Positions 12,881 through 25,800 of a stretch of DNA of 64,000 nucleotides are shown here, in pieces. Within the stretch, counting starts at the first letter, position 1; each line of letters opens with the position of its first letter. The DNA is from Octopus sinensis (lineage: Eukaryota): positions 44,268,001 through 44,332,000 of the forward strand of contig NC_043008.1 in the NCBI RefSeq assembly GCF_006345805.1, written 5' to 3'. Under the pieces are notes generated by a model, which saw nothing but the letters and a program-made list of their open reading frames with translations, did no database searches and was not told the origin of the DNA. Made by a program: the position numbers and the translations under genes.

Positions 12881-15254
12881 GTATAACAACTAACATTAAT
12901 ATGCTGTATTGATATTATGGGTAATAAGTAAGAAATAGTCTGAGACTAAGGCAGCATCAAATATAATCCATATATAAATTCTTGTATTGTGGATGCTACG
13001 AGAGTTCTGCTGTTTCAGAAAACGAGCTTCATCGTTAACAGAATAAATATCAAATAAAGATGTTTCTTTCCCTGAAGAGAAATCCCACGCCCCTCATCAA
13101 TACGACACAGCATACAAACTTATCGAAGTTTACGCTATATATGATATAATTATATACGAAGCCAGCTTGAAGCTAACTCTGACTCTAACAGAAAAAACCG
13201 ACTTACGTTATCTTTATTTTCACGGTCTTGGTTGTGGCTTTCCTGATGTGTTGCATATCTATATTCCATTGGCTGCTTTCCGTATCACACTAGGTGTCTC
13301 TACAAGAGAAGCAAAAACTTCTAATTCTTATTAAAACCATTCTCTTTGAGTGTTCTCTAATACCCTTTCCCACAACGCAACGCAGACGATTTTATGAGGG
13401 ATAATGTGAGAAAGGGAAAGAAGGAGAGTGAAAATGACCCCTGTTCGTGACTTGTTCTATAAAATGCAATAGTGAATGGATTAAAGGCAACAAGGCAAAA
13501 TTAAACACGGTGCAATTGGATTTCGGAGCAAGGAATCGCAGACAAATTACTGCAATGTATATATAAACAACATTCTGATGCTTCGTTCAAATTTATTTAT
13601 GAATGGCAACCTATGTGGTTCTCAAATCGAATTCAAGTTATATTTTGATTTACCGAGATATTACAAAGGAAGATCGAAAGAAATGTTAGAAATATATTCT
13701 GCCAAATGTATTTCACTATGTCAAAATTAATATGTTACTGCATGAACATTTCCGCGTCAATTCTGAAAGAAAGGCAGAAACATAATGCAGTCATGTATTA
13801 CAAGACGAGATGTCCAAGTTTTTCACCATAACATGTTCTTTCTATGTTTGTGAAGGACACTAAAATAGAAAACGAGTATAAAAGAGTAATGCACTTTGCT
13901 TGACGCATTACAATATAATTGAATAGTCATTATCGGAGAGGCACTTGCATAGCAAGCGACCTGATGGCGGTGACAAAGCGATGAAAATATTTTGACAAAT
14001 TGAATTTAGTGGATCTAACGGTTTTTGTGTGTTTTTAAATGGTTTATAAACGCCTTCCACGCTGCAACTGTATAATCATTCGCAAAAGAAATATATGAAG
14101 AAATCAGAGAGGTAGTAACGAAAATATGTAAAAGATTGTAAATGAAAGATGTTATACTAGTCTTTGATGCTAAAATATTTCGGAAAAAATTCCCTTTAGA
14201 AATACAAGAAAATAATACAAAAATAACGGGGAATTGAGTGGTTATTGTTAGGCCATTCTTTTGTCTAATTGCTCATAGACATTTACATTCCCATGAATCT
14301 CGTGTTACGTAAATCTAAAAAAAATATTTTAGAAATTTGGGCAATAATTACTGTAATTAGCGGTGAAGTCGAATTCGCACATAATAACAATTTAAAGAGG
14401 TTTCGTAAAACGTGAGAAAATCCGTAAGGACACACTACCATTTTCCCCTCAAAACGTTTCGAATAACCTATATGGACACAGAAAAAGGGGTCAGAATCTT
14501 TTCATAAAATTTGAAAATCCGGAAAGAACCTCCTTCAGAAACCTGACATCAGAGTGATTTGAACTAACGACATACGTGACGAATACAATATACACTGAAC
14601 CTCATTAGCGAACATGGAAAGAAGCAACACTTGCACTATTACAAAACCTAAAAATATCGACGTTATTGTTCACGAATGCATAGTAACAAAAAATTTTTTA
14701 ATGAGTAACACGATTGCTATACAGAATTTCTACGATGCATTACATGATATATTGCATTATGTCTACGAGCGAATGATGCTGTTGAAATTTGTTTCCAGAA
14801 TTTTGGTAAGGTCATAATATTGACGACCTATCGACAGATGCAACTGATTAGAAAATGTGAGCGAATTCATAATTCCAATCAATTATTGAACAGACATGAG
14901 GCTGTTGTTGTTATTTCAATTTAACACCAAGAACATCAAGAAAAACAGAGAAATCAATCATAGGCTTACATAAACACACACATACGAACATCCGAATAAA
15001 TACACACCGAAACCTACGTAAAATACACATACTAAAGTACATACATGCTTTCAGATATATAAATAGATACACTTGGCCAATACAAGCGAAATCAGTACAG
15101 TTTTATAAACAGTAGAGACATTTATGTGTCAGACAGGTTATTAGATGAGAGAAATAAACAAATGGTTGTTTGAAAATCATAGATTACGCTACAATTCATA
15201 TATATGTATGTATATACATACATACATGTATATACGTATATATATATGTATATA

Positions 15255-15326
<72 letters not shown>

Positions 15327-15816
15327 GTATATATATATGTAAATATATGTATATATACTTGTATATATATGTATGTATGCATGTATGTATCTGTGCGGGT
15401 GTATAGCAGTGAGGGCGTGTTCGGGGTGTGTGCGAAAGTATGCGTCTGTGTGTGTATTCGAAGCGGGAGAAAGAGTAATACAAATGAAAATCTCAGTATA
15501 TATATGTGTGTGTGTGTGTGTGTGTGCTTTCTAATAATTGGAAGAAATTACAGAGTGACTCAGGGACCGTGAGTTTCGTACATCGGCTTGTGTATGAGTT
15601 TATATATTATATATATATATGTATGTATTATACGTATATCTATTATATGTTCATATATATGCATATGTATGTCTACATGTATGTATATGCATACATGTGC
15701 ATGTATATATATATATATATGTATATATGTATATATACATGCATATATATATGTGCCTTTCTCTGTCTGTCTGTCTCTCTCTCTGTGTCTCTGTCTCTCT
15801 GTCTGTCTCTCTCTCA

Positions 15817-15884
<68 letters not shown>

Positions 15885-15954
15885 GTAGGTCCCGGGTTGA
15901 TCCGGGGTTAACCACAGTAAGTAAGGTACTCAATACATAGCAGAGCAAAATTAA

Positions 15955-16313
15955 TTTATTATATAGAAGGAGCTTCTACAGGACTAGTACTGTTTCATTC
16001 AGAGAAATCTTCAGGAAGCTATTTAACAAGAATTGTATTAGCATTTATACATTTAGGCAGGTTTAAAGGAGTGGTGGTGGGGGACTTTTTTGGGGGTAGG
16101 CATAGCGCAAAATATCATACTTGGGGGAGTGGTCAAGGAGTCAGTGGTAAGTTAGATGAAAGAATAGATAAATAAAAAAATAAAAAATAAAAAATAAAAA
16201 ATAAAAAATAAAAAAAATAAATAAAATGTGTGCACATACATACATAAACACATATACATACACACACACATACGTACACATGTGTGCCTATACATACCTA
16301 CACATACACACAT

Positions 16314-16358
<45 letters not shown>
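15955..16358 (-). repeat. Left ~400-bp inverted terminal block (Penelope-pLTR-like sequence plus microsatellites)
   Basis: Reverse complement of 25364-25800 nearly base for base. Confidence 0.9.
15971..16020 (-). ncRNA. Type-I hammerhead ribozyme motif (flank element, left copy)
   Basis: rc reads AGCTTC-CTGAAGA-T-TTC-tct-GAA-T-GAA-ACAG-tactagtc-CTGT-A-GAAGCT: 6-bp stem I, core, stem II, 4-bp stem III, GUA triplet. Confidence 0.7.
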
Positions 16359-16360
<2 letters not shown>

Positions 16361-16362
<2 letters not shown>

Positions 16363-17236
16363 ATCCAATACAGGCCCATTCCCTAATTTTAATTTTATTA
16401 TCTTCATTTATTACTTTTGTTATCTTTGATCGCTAGAGCTAAGGATCCTGGCGATGGCAGCATGTCCAAATTGTCTGTCTACTAGTAGGCAAGTACTCGT
16501 TCCCGCACGCACACTCATTAGCACGTACATGCACCCATTCTTACACTCATACACATACACGTACGCACGCGTTATATTCATACATACAAACATCTACATA
16601 CGTTCACGTATATACACATACGTACTCGTACCTACAGATTCATGTCTACACTTTAGGAGGCTAGTCTATATATATACACCAATAAATATACATATATATA
16701 TATATATATACATATATATATAACACATATACACATACACACACACACACACATATATATACCTACATACAGATACATACCTATATATATATATATATAT
16801 ACCCACACATACATGTACATATATATATATATATATACATACATATATACATATATATAACACATATATATATATATATACATACATACATACACACACA
16901 CCCATATATACACACACATACATACACATTATATACAACAACACAAACATATATACACACATATAATATATATATACATATATACACACATACATACACA
17001 CACCTACATACATATACACACAAACACATACATACGTAAACATACATACATACATCCATACATCCATACTTACATGCACTTATACGAACACACACCCCCA
17101 GTATTGCCTTCTAGTAGACAGACAATTTGGACATGCTGCCATCGCCAGGATCCTTAGCTCTAGCGATCAAAGATAACAAAAGTAATAAATGAAGATAATA
17201 AAATTAAAATTAGGGAATGGGCCTGTATTGGATTGT
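16361..17236. repeat. ~135-bp inverted repeat (16361-16496 / 17101-17235) around a ~600-bp low-complexity spacer
   Basis: caatccaatacaggccc..gtctactag is reverse-complemented at 17101-17235. Confidence 0.9.
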
Positions 17237-17255
17237 TGTATATATATATATAATA

Positions 17256-20200
17256 TATATCTATATTGTATAAAGGGCATTATTACACATAAATGCCTCA
17301 CACTAGGAGGGACAAAGTCATTACTACCAAAAATTATACTAATCATACCCAAATGCAGTTTTTCAAAGCAAGACATTTAAAAATGAATTATGTTCTGTAT
17401 CACCGTGATTTCACATACAACTTGCGTCTAATGATCGTCAGCAGAACTGATTCTGAATACATCATAAATAAACCAACCTTATGTAGCGAAGACGAACAGA
17501 CAACTGTTCACTCTGGCCAAGCACATGGAATGTTATAAATCATATATCCGGTAAATGGCGGGCTTTTTTACGAACTGCATGTCGGGTAATGAAAAGTATT
17601 TCGGAATAAGTTTAACAATTAAGGATAATCTCTTAATAAGGGATCCTAACAAGAAATTATCGGGTAGCTAGCGTGAAAACCTCATAAAAGAAAAGAATCC
17701 GAAAATAATTTTTTTCTTTTGAACAAATTAATTATATCTATATTGTATAAAGGGCATTATTACACATAAATGCCTCACACTAGGAGGGACAAAGTCATTA
17801 CTACCAAAAATTATACTAATCATACCCAAATGCAGTTTTTCAAAGCAAGACATTTAAAAATGAATTATGTTCTGTATCACCGTGATTTCACATACAACTT
17901 GCGTCTAATGATCGTCAGCAGAACTGATTCTGAATACATCATAATAAACCAACCTTATGTAGCGAAGACGAACAGACAACTGTTCACTCTGGCCAAGCAC
18001 ATGGAATGTTTATAAATCATATATCCGGTAAATGGCGGGCTTTTTTACGAACTGCATGTCGGGTAATGAAAAGTATTTCGGAATAAGTTTAACAATTAAG
18101 GATAATCTCTTAATAAGGGATCCTAACAAGAAATTATCGGGTAGCTAGCGTGAAAACCTCATAAAAGAAAAGAATCCGAAAATAATTTTTTTCTTTTGAA
18201 CAAATTAATTATATCTATATTGTATAAAGGGCATTATTACACATAAATGCCTCACACTAGGAGGGACAAAGTCATTACTACCAAAAATTATACTAATCAT
18301 ACCCAAATGCAGTTTTTCAAAGCAAGACATTTAAAAATGAATTATGTTCTGTATCACCGTGATTTCACATACAACTTGCGTCTAATGATCGTCAGCAGAA
18401 CTGATTCTGAATACATCATAAATAAACCAACCTTATGTAGCGAAGACGAACAGACACTGTTCACTCTGCCAAGCACATGGAATGTTTATAAATCATATAT
18501 CCGGTAAATGGCGGGCTTTTTTACGAACTGCATGTCGGGTAATGAAAAGTATTTCGGAATAAGTTTAACAATTAAGGATAATCTCTTAATAAGGGATCCT
18601 AACAAGAAATTATCGGGTAGCTAGCGTGAAAACCTCATAAAAAAAAGAATCCGAAAATAATTTTTTTCTTTTGAACAAATTAATTATATCTATATTGTAT
18701 AAAGGGCATTATTACACATAAATGCCTCACACTAGGAGGGACAAAGTCATTACTACCAAAAATTATACTAATCATACCCAAATGCAGTTTTTCAAAGCAA
18801 GACATTTAAAAATGAATTATGTTCTGTATCACCGTGATTTCACATACAACTTGCGTCTAATGATCGTCAGCAGAACTGATTCTGAATACATCATAAATAA
18901 ACCAACCTTATGTAGCGAAGACGAACAGACAACTGTTCACTCTGGCCAAGCACATGGAATGTTTATAAATCATATATCCGGTAAATGGCGGGCTTTTTTA
19001 CGAACTGCATGTCGGGTAATGAAAAGTATTTCGGAATAAGTTTAACAATTAAGGATAATCTCTTAATAAGGGATCCTAACAAGAAATTATCGGGTAGCTA
19101 GCGTGAAAACCTCATAAAAGAAAAGAATCCGAAAATAATTTTTTTCTTTTGAACAAATTAATTATATCTATATTGTATAAAGGGCATTATTACACATAAA
19201 TGCCTCACACTAGGAGGGACAAAGTCATTACTACAAAAATTATACTAATCATACCCAAATGCAGTTTTTCAAAGCAAGACATTTAAAAATGAATTATGTT
19301 CTGTATCACCGTGATTTCACACACAACTTGCGTCTAATGATCGTCAGCAGAACTGATTCTGAATACATCATAAATAAACCAACCTTATGTAGCGAAGACG
19401 AACAGACAACTGTTCACTCTGGCCAAGCACATGGAATGTTTATAAATCATATATCCGGTAAATGGCGGGCTTTTTTACGAACTGCATGTCGGGTAATGAA
19501 AAGTATTTCGGAATAAGTTTAACAATTAAGGATAATCTCTTAATAAGGGATCCTAACAAGAAATTATCGGGTAGCTAGCGTGAAAACCTCATAAAAGAAA
19601 AGAATCCGAAAATAATTTTTTTCTTTTGAACAAATTAATTATATCTATATTGTATAAAGGGCATTATTACACATAAATGCCTCACACTAGGAGGGACAAA
19701 GTCATTACTACCAAAAATTATACTAATCATACCCAAATGCAGTTTTTCAAAGCAAGACATTTAAAAATGAATTATGTTCTGTATCACCGTGATTTCACAT
19801 ACAACTTGCGTCTAATGATCGTCAGCAGAACTGATTCTGAATACATCATAAATAAACCAACCTTATGTAGCGAAGACGAACAGACAACTGTTCACTCTGG
19901 CCAAGCACATGGAATGTTATAAATCATATATCCGGTAAATGGCGGGCTTTTTTACGAACTGCATGTCGGGTAATGAAAAGTATTTCGGAATAAGTTTAAC
20001 AATTAAGGATAATCTCTTAATAAGGGATCTAACAAGAAATTATCGGGTAGCTAGCGTGAAAACCTCATAAAAGAAAAGAATCCGAAAATAATTTTTTTCT
20101 TTTGAACAAATTAATTATATCTATATTGTATAAAGGGCATTATTACACATAAATGCCTCACACTAGGAGGGACAAAGTCATTACTACCAAAAATTATACT

Positions 20201-20690
20201 AATCATACCCAAATGCAGTTTTTCAAAGCAAGACATTTAAAAATGAATTATGTTCTGTATCACCGTGATTTCACATACAACTTGCGTCTAATGATCGTCA
20301 GCAGAACTGATTCTGAATACATCATAAATAAACCAACCTTATGTAGCGAAGACGAACAGACAACTGTTCACTCTGGCCAAGCACATGGAATGTTTATAAA
20401 TCATATATCCGGTAATGGCGGGCTTTTTTACGAACTGCATGTCGGGTAATGAAAAGTATTTCGGAATAAGTTTAACAATTAAGGATAATCTCTTAATAAG
20501 GGATCCTAACAAGAAATTATCGGGTAGCTAGCGTGAAAACCTCATAAAAGAAAAGAATCCGAAAATAATTTTTTTCTTTTGAACAAATTAATTATATCTA
20601 TATTGTATAAAGGGCATTATTACACATAAATGCCTCACACTAGGAGGGACAAAGTCATTACTACCAAAAATTATACTAATCATACCCAAA
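17256..20690 (-). repeat. ~477-bp tandem array, left arm: 7 full units plus 1 partial, hammerheads on the minus strand
   Basis: Unit starts at ~17257, 17734, 18211, 18686, 19164, 19641, 20117 and 20594 (partial). Differences are almost all single-base indels. Confidence 0.97.
17385..17453 (-). ncRNA. Type-I hammerhead motif (first of 7 in the left arm)
   Basis: Reverse complement of the motif detailed at 20746-20814. Confidence 0.75.
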
Positions 20691-20700
20691 TATATATATA

Positions 20701-23700
20701 TGTTCGTCTTCGCTACATAAGGTTGGTTTATTTATGATGTATTCAGAATCAGTTCTGCTGACGATCATTAGACGCAAGTTGTATGTGAAATCACGGTGAT
20801 ACAGAACATAATTCATTTTTAAATGTCTTGCTTTGAAAAACTGCATTTGGGTATGATTAGTATAATTTTTGGTAGTAATGACTTTGTCCCTCCTAGTGTG
20901 AGGCATTTATGTGTAATAATGCCCTTATACAATATAGATATAATTAATTTGTTCAAAAGAAAAAAATTATTTTCGGATTCTTTTCTTTTATGAGGTTTTC
21001 ACGCTAGCTACCCGATAATTTCTTGTTAGATCCCTTATTAAGAGATTATCCTTAATTGTTAAACTTATTCCGAAATACTTTTCATTACCCGACATGCAGT
21101 TCGTAAAAAAGCCCGCCATTTACCGGATATATGATTTATAAACATTCCATGTGCTTGGCCAGAGTGAACAGTTGTCTGTTCGTCTTCGCTACATAGGTTG
21201 GTTTATTTATGATGTATTCAGAATCAGTTCTGCTGACGATCATTAGACGCAAGTTGTATGTGAAATCACGGTGATACAGAACATAATTCATTTTTAAATG
21301 TCTTGCTTTGAAAAACTGCATTTGGGTATGATTAGTATAATTTTTGGTAGTAATGACTTTGTCCCTCCTAGTGTGAGGCATTTATGTGTAATAATGCCCT
21401 TTATACAATATAGATATAATTAATTTGTTCAAAAGAAAAAAATTATTTTCGGATTCTTTTCTTTTATGAGGTTTTCACGCTAGCTACCCGATAATTTCTT
21501 GTTAGGATCCCTTATTAAGAGATTATCCTTAATTGTTAAACTTATTCCGAAATACTTTTCATTACCCGACATGCAGTTCGTAAAAAAGCCCGCCATTTAC
21601 CGGATATATGATTTATAAACATTCCATGTGCTTGGCCAGAGTGAACAGTTGTCTGTTCGTCTTCGCTACATAAGGTTGGTTATTTATGATGTATTCAGAA
21701 TCAGTTCTGCTGACGATCATTAGACGCAAGTTGTATGTGAAATCACGGTGATACAGAACATAATTCATTTTTAAATGTCTTGCTTTGAAAAACTGCATTT
21801 GGGTATGATTAGTATAATTTTTGGTAGTAATGACTTTGTCCCTCCTAGTGTGAGGCATTTATGTGTAATAATGCCCTTTATACAATATAGATATAATTAA
21901 TTTGTTCAAAAGAAAAAAATTATTTTCGGATTCTTTTTTTTTATGAGGTTTTCACGCTAGCTACCCGATAATTTCTTGTTAGGATCCCTTATTAAGAGAT
22001 TATCCTTAATTGTTAAACTTATTCCGAAATACTTTTCATTACCCGACATGCAGTTCGTAAAAAAGCCCGCCATTTACCGGATATATGATTTATAAACATT
22101 CCATGTGCTTGGCCAGAGTGAACAGTTGTCTGTTCGTCTTCGCTACATAAGGTTGGTTTATTTATGATGTATTCAGAATCAGTTCTGCTGACGATCATTA
22201 GACGCAAGTTGTATGTGAAATCACGGTGATACAGAACATAATTCATTTTTAAATGTCTTGCTTTGAAAAACTGCATTTGGTATGATTAGTATAATTTTTG
22301 GTAGTAATGACTTTGTCCCTCCTAGTGTGAGGCATTTATGTGTAATAATGCCCTTTATACAATATAGATATAATTAATTTGTTCAAAAGAAAAAAATTAT
22401 TTTCGGATTCTTTTCTTTTATGAGGTTTTCACGCTAGCTACCCGATAATTTCTTGTTAGGATCCCTTATTAAGAGATTATCCTTAATTGTTAAACTTATT
22501 CCGAAATACTTTTCATTACCCGACATGCAGTTCGTAAAAAAGCCCGCCATTTACCGGATATATGATTTATAAACATTCCATGTGCTTGGCCAGAGTGAAC
22601 AGTTGTCTGTTCGTCTTCGCTACATAAGGTTGGTTTATTTATGATGTATTCAGAATCAGTTCTGCTGACGATCATTAGACGCAAGTTGTATGTGAAATCA
22701 CGGTGATACAGAACATAATTCATTTTTAAATGTCTTGCTTTGAAAAACTGCATTTGGGTATGATTAGTATAATTTTTGGTAGTAATGACTTTGTCCCTCC
22801 TAGTGTGAGGCATTTATGTGTAATAATGCCCTTTATACAATATAGATATAATTAATTTGTTCAAAAGAAAAAAATTATTTTCGGATTCTTTTCTTTTATG
22901 AGGTTTTCACGCTAGCTACCCGATAATTTCTTGTTAGGATCCCTTATTAAGAGATTATCCTTAATTGTTAAACTTATTCCGAAATACTTTTCATTACCCG
23001 ACATGCAGTTCGTAAAAAAGCCCGCCATTTACCGGATATATGATTTATAAACATTCCATGTGCTTGGCCAGAGTGAACAGTTGTCTGTTCGTCTTCGCTA
23101 CATAAGGTTGGTTTATTTATGATGTATTCAGAATCAGTTCTGCTGACGATCATTAGACGCAAGTTGTATGTGAAATCACGGTGATACAGAACATAATTCA
23201 TTTTTAAATGTCTTGCTTTGAAAAACTGCATTTGGGTATGATTAGTATAATTTTTGGTAGTAATGACTTTGTCCCTCCTAGTGTGAGGCATTTATGTGTA
23301 ATAATGCCCTTTATACAATATAGATATAATTAATTTGTTCAAAAGAAAAAAATTATTTTCGGATTCTTTTCTTTTATGAGGTTTTCACGCTAGCTACCCG
23401 ATAATTTCTTGTTAGGATCCCTTATTAAGAGATTATCCTTAATTGTTAAACTTATTCCGAAATACTTTTCATTACCCGACATGCAGTTCGTAAAAAAGCC
23501 CGCCATTTACCGGATATATGATTTATAAACATTCCATGTGCTTGGCCAGAGTGAACAGTTGTCTGTTCGTCTTCGCTACATAAGGTTGGTTTATTTATGA
23601 TGTATTCAGAATCAGTTCTGCTGACGATCATTAGACGCAAGTTGTATGTGAAATCACGGTGATACAGAACATAATTCATTTTTAAATGTCTTGCTTTGAA

Positions 23701-25360
23701 AAACTGCATTTGGGTATGATTAGTATAATTTTTGGTAGTAATGACTTTGTCCCTCCTAGTGTGAGGCATTTATGTGTAATAATGCCCTTTATACAATATA
23801 GATATAATTAATTTGTTCAAAAGAAAAAAATTATTTTCGGATTCTTTTCTTTTATGAGGTTTTCACGCTAGCTACCCGATAATTTCTTGTTAGGATCCCT
23901 TATTAAGAGATTATCCTTAATTGTTAAACTTATTCCGAAATACTTTTCATTACCCGACATGCAGTTCGTAAAAAAGCCCGCCATTTACCGGATATATGAT
24001 TTATAAACATTCCATGTGCTTGGCCAGAGTGAACAGTTGTCTGTTCGTCTTCGCTACATAAGGTTGGTTTATTTATGATGTATTCAGAATCAGTTCTGCT
24101 GACGATCATTAGACGCAAGTTGTATGTGAAATCACGGTGATACAGAACATAATTCATTTTTAAATGTCTTGCTTTGAAAAACTGCATTTGGGTATGATTA
24201 GTATAATTTTTGGTAGTAATGACTTTGTCCCTCCTAGTGTGAGGCATTTATGTGTAATAATGCCCTTTATACAATATAGATATAATTAATTTGTTCAAAA
24301 AAAAAATTATTTTCGGATTCTTTTCTTTTATGAGGTTTTCACGCTAGCTACCCGATAATTTCTTGTTAGGATCCCTTATTAAGAGATTATCCTTAATTGT
24401 TAAACTTATTCCGAAATACTTTTCATTACCCGACATGCAGTTCGTAAAAAAGCCCGCCATTTACCGGATATATGATTTATAAACATTCCATGTGCTTGGC
24501 CAGAGTGAACAGTTGTCTGTTCGTCTTCGCTACATAAGGTTGGTTTATTTATGATGTATTCAGAATCAGTTCTGCTGACGATCATTAGACGCAAGTTGTA
24601 TGTGAAATCACGGTGATACAGAACATAATTCATTTTTAAATGTCTTGCTTTGAAAAACTGCATTTGGGTATGATTAGTATAATTTTTGGTAGTAATGACT
24701 TTGTCCCTCCTAGTGTGAGGCATTTATGTGTAATAATGCCCTTTATACAATATAGATATAATTAATTTGTTCAAAAGAAAAAAATTATTTTCGGATTCTT
24801 TTCTTTTATGAGGTTTTCACGCTAGCTACCCGATAATTTCTTGTTAGGATCCCTTATTAAGAGATTATCCTTAATTGTTAAACTTATTCCGAAATACTTT
24901 TCATTACCCGACATGCAGTTCGTAAAAAAGCCCGCCATTTACCGGATATATGATTTATAAACATTCCATGTGCTTGGCCAGAGTGAACAGTTGTCTGTTC
25001 GTCTTCGCTACATAAGGTTGGTTTATTTATGATGTATTCAGAATCAGTTCTGCTGACGATCATTAGACGCAAGTTGTATGTGAAATCACGGTGATACAGA
25101 ACATAATTCATTTTTAAATGTCTTGCTTTGAAAAACTGCATTTGGGTATGATTAGTATAATTTTTGGTAGTAATGACTTTGTCCCTCCTAGTGTGAGGCA
25201 TTTATGTGTAATAATGCCCTTTATACAATATAGATATAATTAATTTGTTCAAAAGAAAAAAATTATTTTCGGATTCTTTTCTTTTATGAGGTTTTCACGC
25301 TAGCTACCCGATAATTTCTTGTTAAGATCCCTTATTAAGAGATTATCCTTAATTGTTAAA

Positions 25361-25365
<5 letters not shown>
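20701..25365 (+). repeat. ~478-bp tandem array, inverted right arm: partial + 9 full + partial units, hammerheads on the plus strand
   Basis: Equivalent positions at 20906, 21381, 21858, ~22335, 22813, 23291, 23769, 24247, 24723 and 25201 (ORF track). Orientation flips at (TA)5, 20691-20700. Confidence 0.97.
20746..20814 (+). ncRNA. Type-I hammerhead motif (first of 10 in the right arm)
   Basis: GAAT-ca-GTTCTG / CTGACGA (20758-64) / T-CAT-ta-GAC-gcaa-GTT-gt-ATG-T / GAA / ATCAC-g-GTGAT / A (20801, predicted cleavage) / CAGAAC-ata-ATTC. Confidence 0.78.
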
Positions 25366-25434
<69 letters not shown>

Positions 25435-25799
25435 ATGTGTGTATGTGTAGGTATGTATAGGCACACATGTGTACGTATGTGTGTGTGTATGTATATGTGT
25501 TTATGTATGTATGTGCACACATTTTTTTTATTTTTTTATTTTTTATTTTTTATTTTTTATTTTTTATTTTTTATTTTTTTATTTATCTATTCTTTCATCT
25601 AACTTACCACTGACTCCTTGACCACTCCCCCAAGTATGATATTTTGCGCTATGCCTACCCCCAAAAAAGTCCCCCACCACCACTCCTTTAAACCTGCCTA
25701 AATGTATAAATGCTAATACAATTCTTGTTAAATAGCTTCCTGAAGATTTCTCTTGAATGAAACAGTACTAGTCCTGTAGAAGCTCCTTCTATATAATAA

Positions 25800-25800
<1 letters not shown>
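25364..25800 (+). repeat. Right ~430-bp inverted terminal block
   Basis: Reverse complement of 15955-16358, ending in (TA)n. Confidence 0.9.
25734..25784 (+). ncRNA. Type-I hammerhead motif (flank element, right copy)
   Basis: AGCTTC-CTGAAGA-T-TTC-tctt-GAA-T-GAA-ACAG-tactagtc-CTGT-A(25778)-GAAGCT. Confidence 0.7.

Noticed and set aside
16448-16480. CTGGCGA-TGG..CCA-AATT in the 135-bp inverted arm as another hammerhead
   Set aside because: GAAA is missing and stems I and III cannot be formed.
18722-19039. 105-aa ORF (MPHTRRDKVIT...) repeated in each array unit, with TATAAA just upstream
   Set aside because: No recognisable domain. It is antisense to the hammerhead strand and is truncated or frameshifted in several units, so its recurrence just reflects unit identity.
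17256-25365. Array as CRISPR or rDNA/snRNA/histone cluster
   Set aside because: No unique spacers, and no 5S, tRNA, snRNA or histone similarity that I can recognise.
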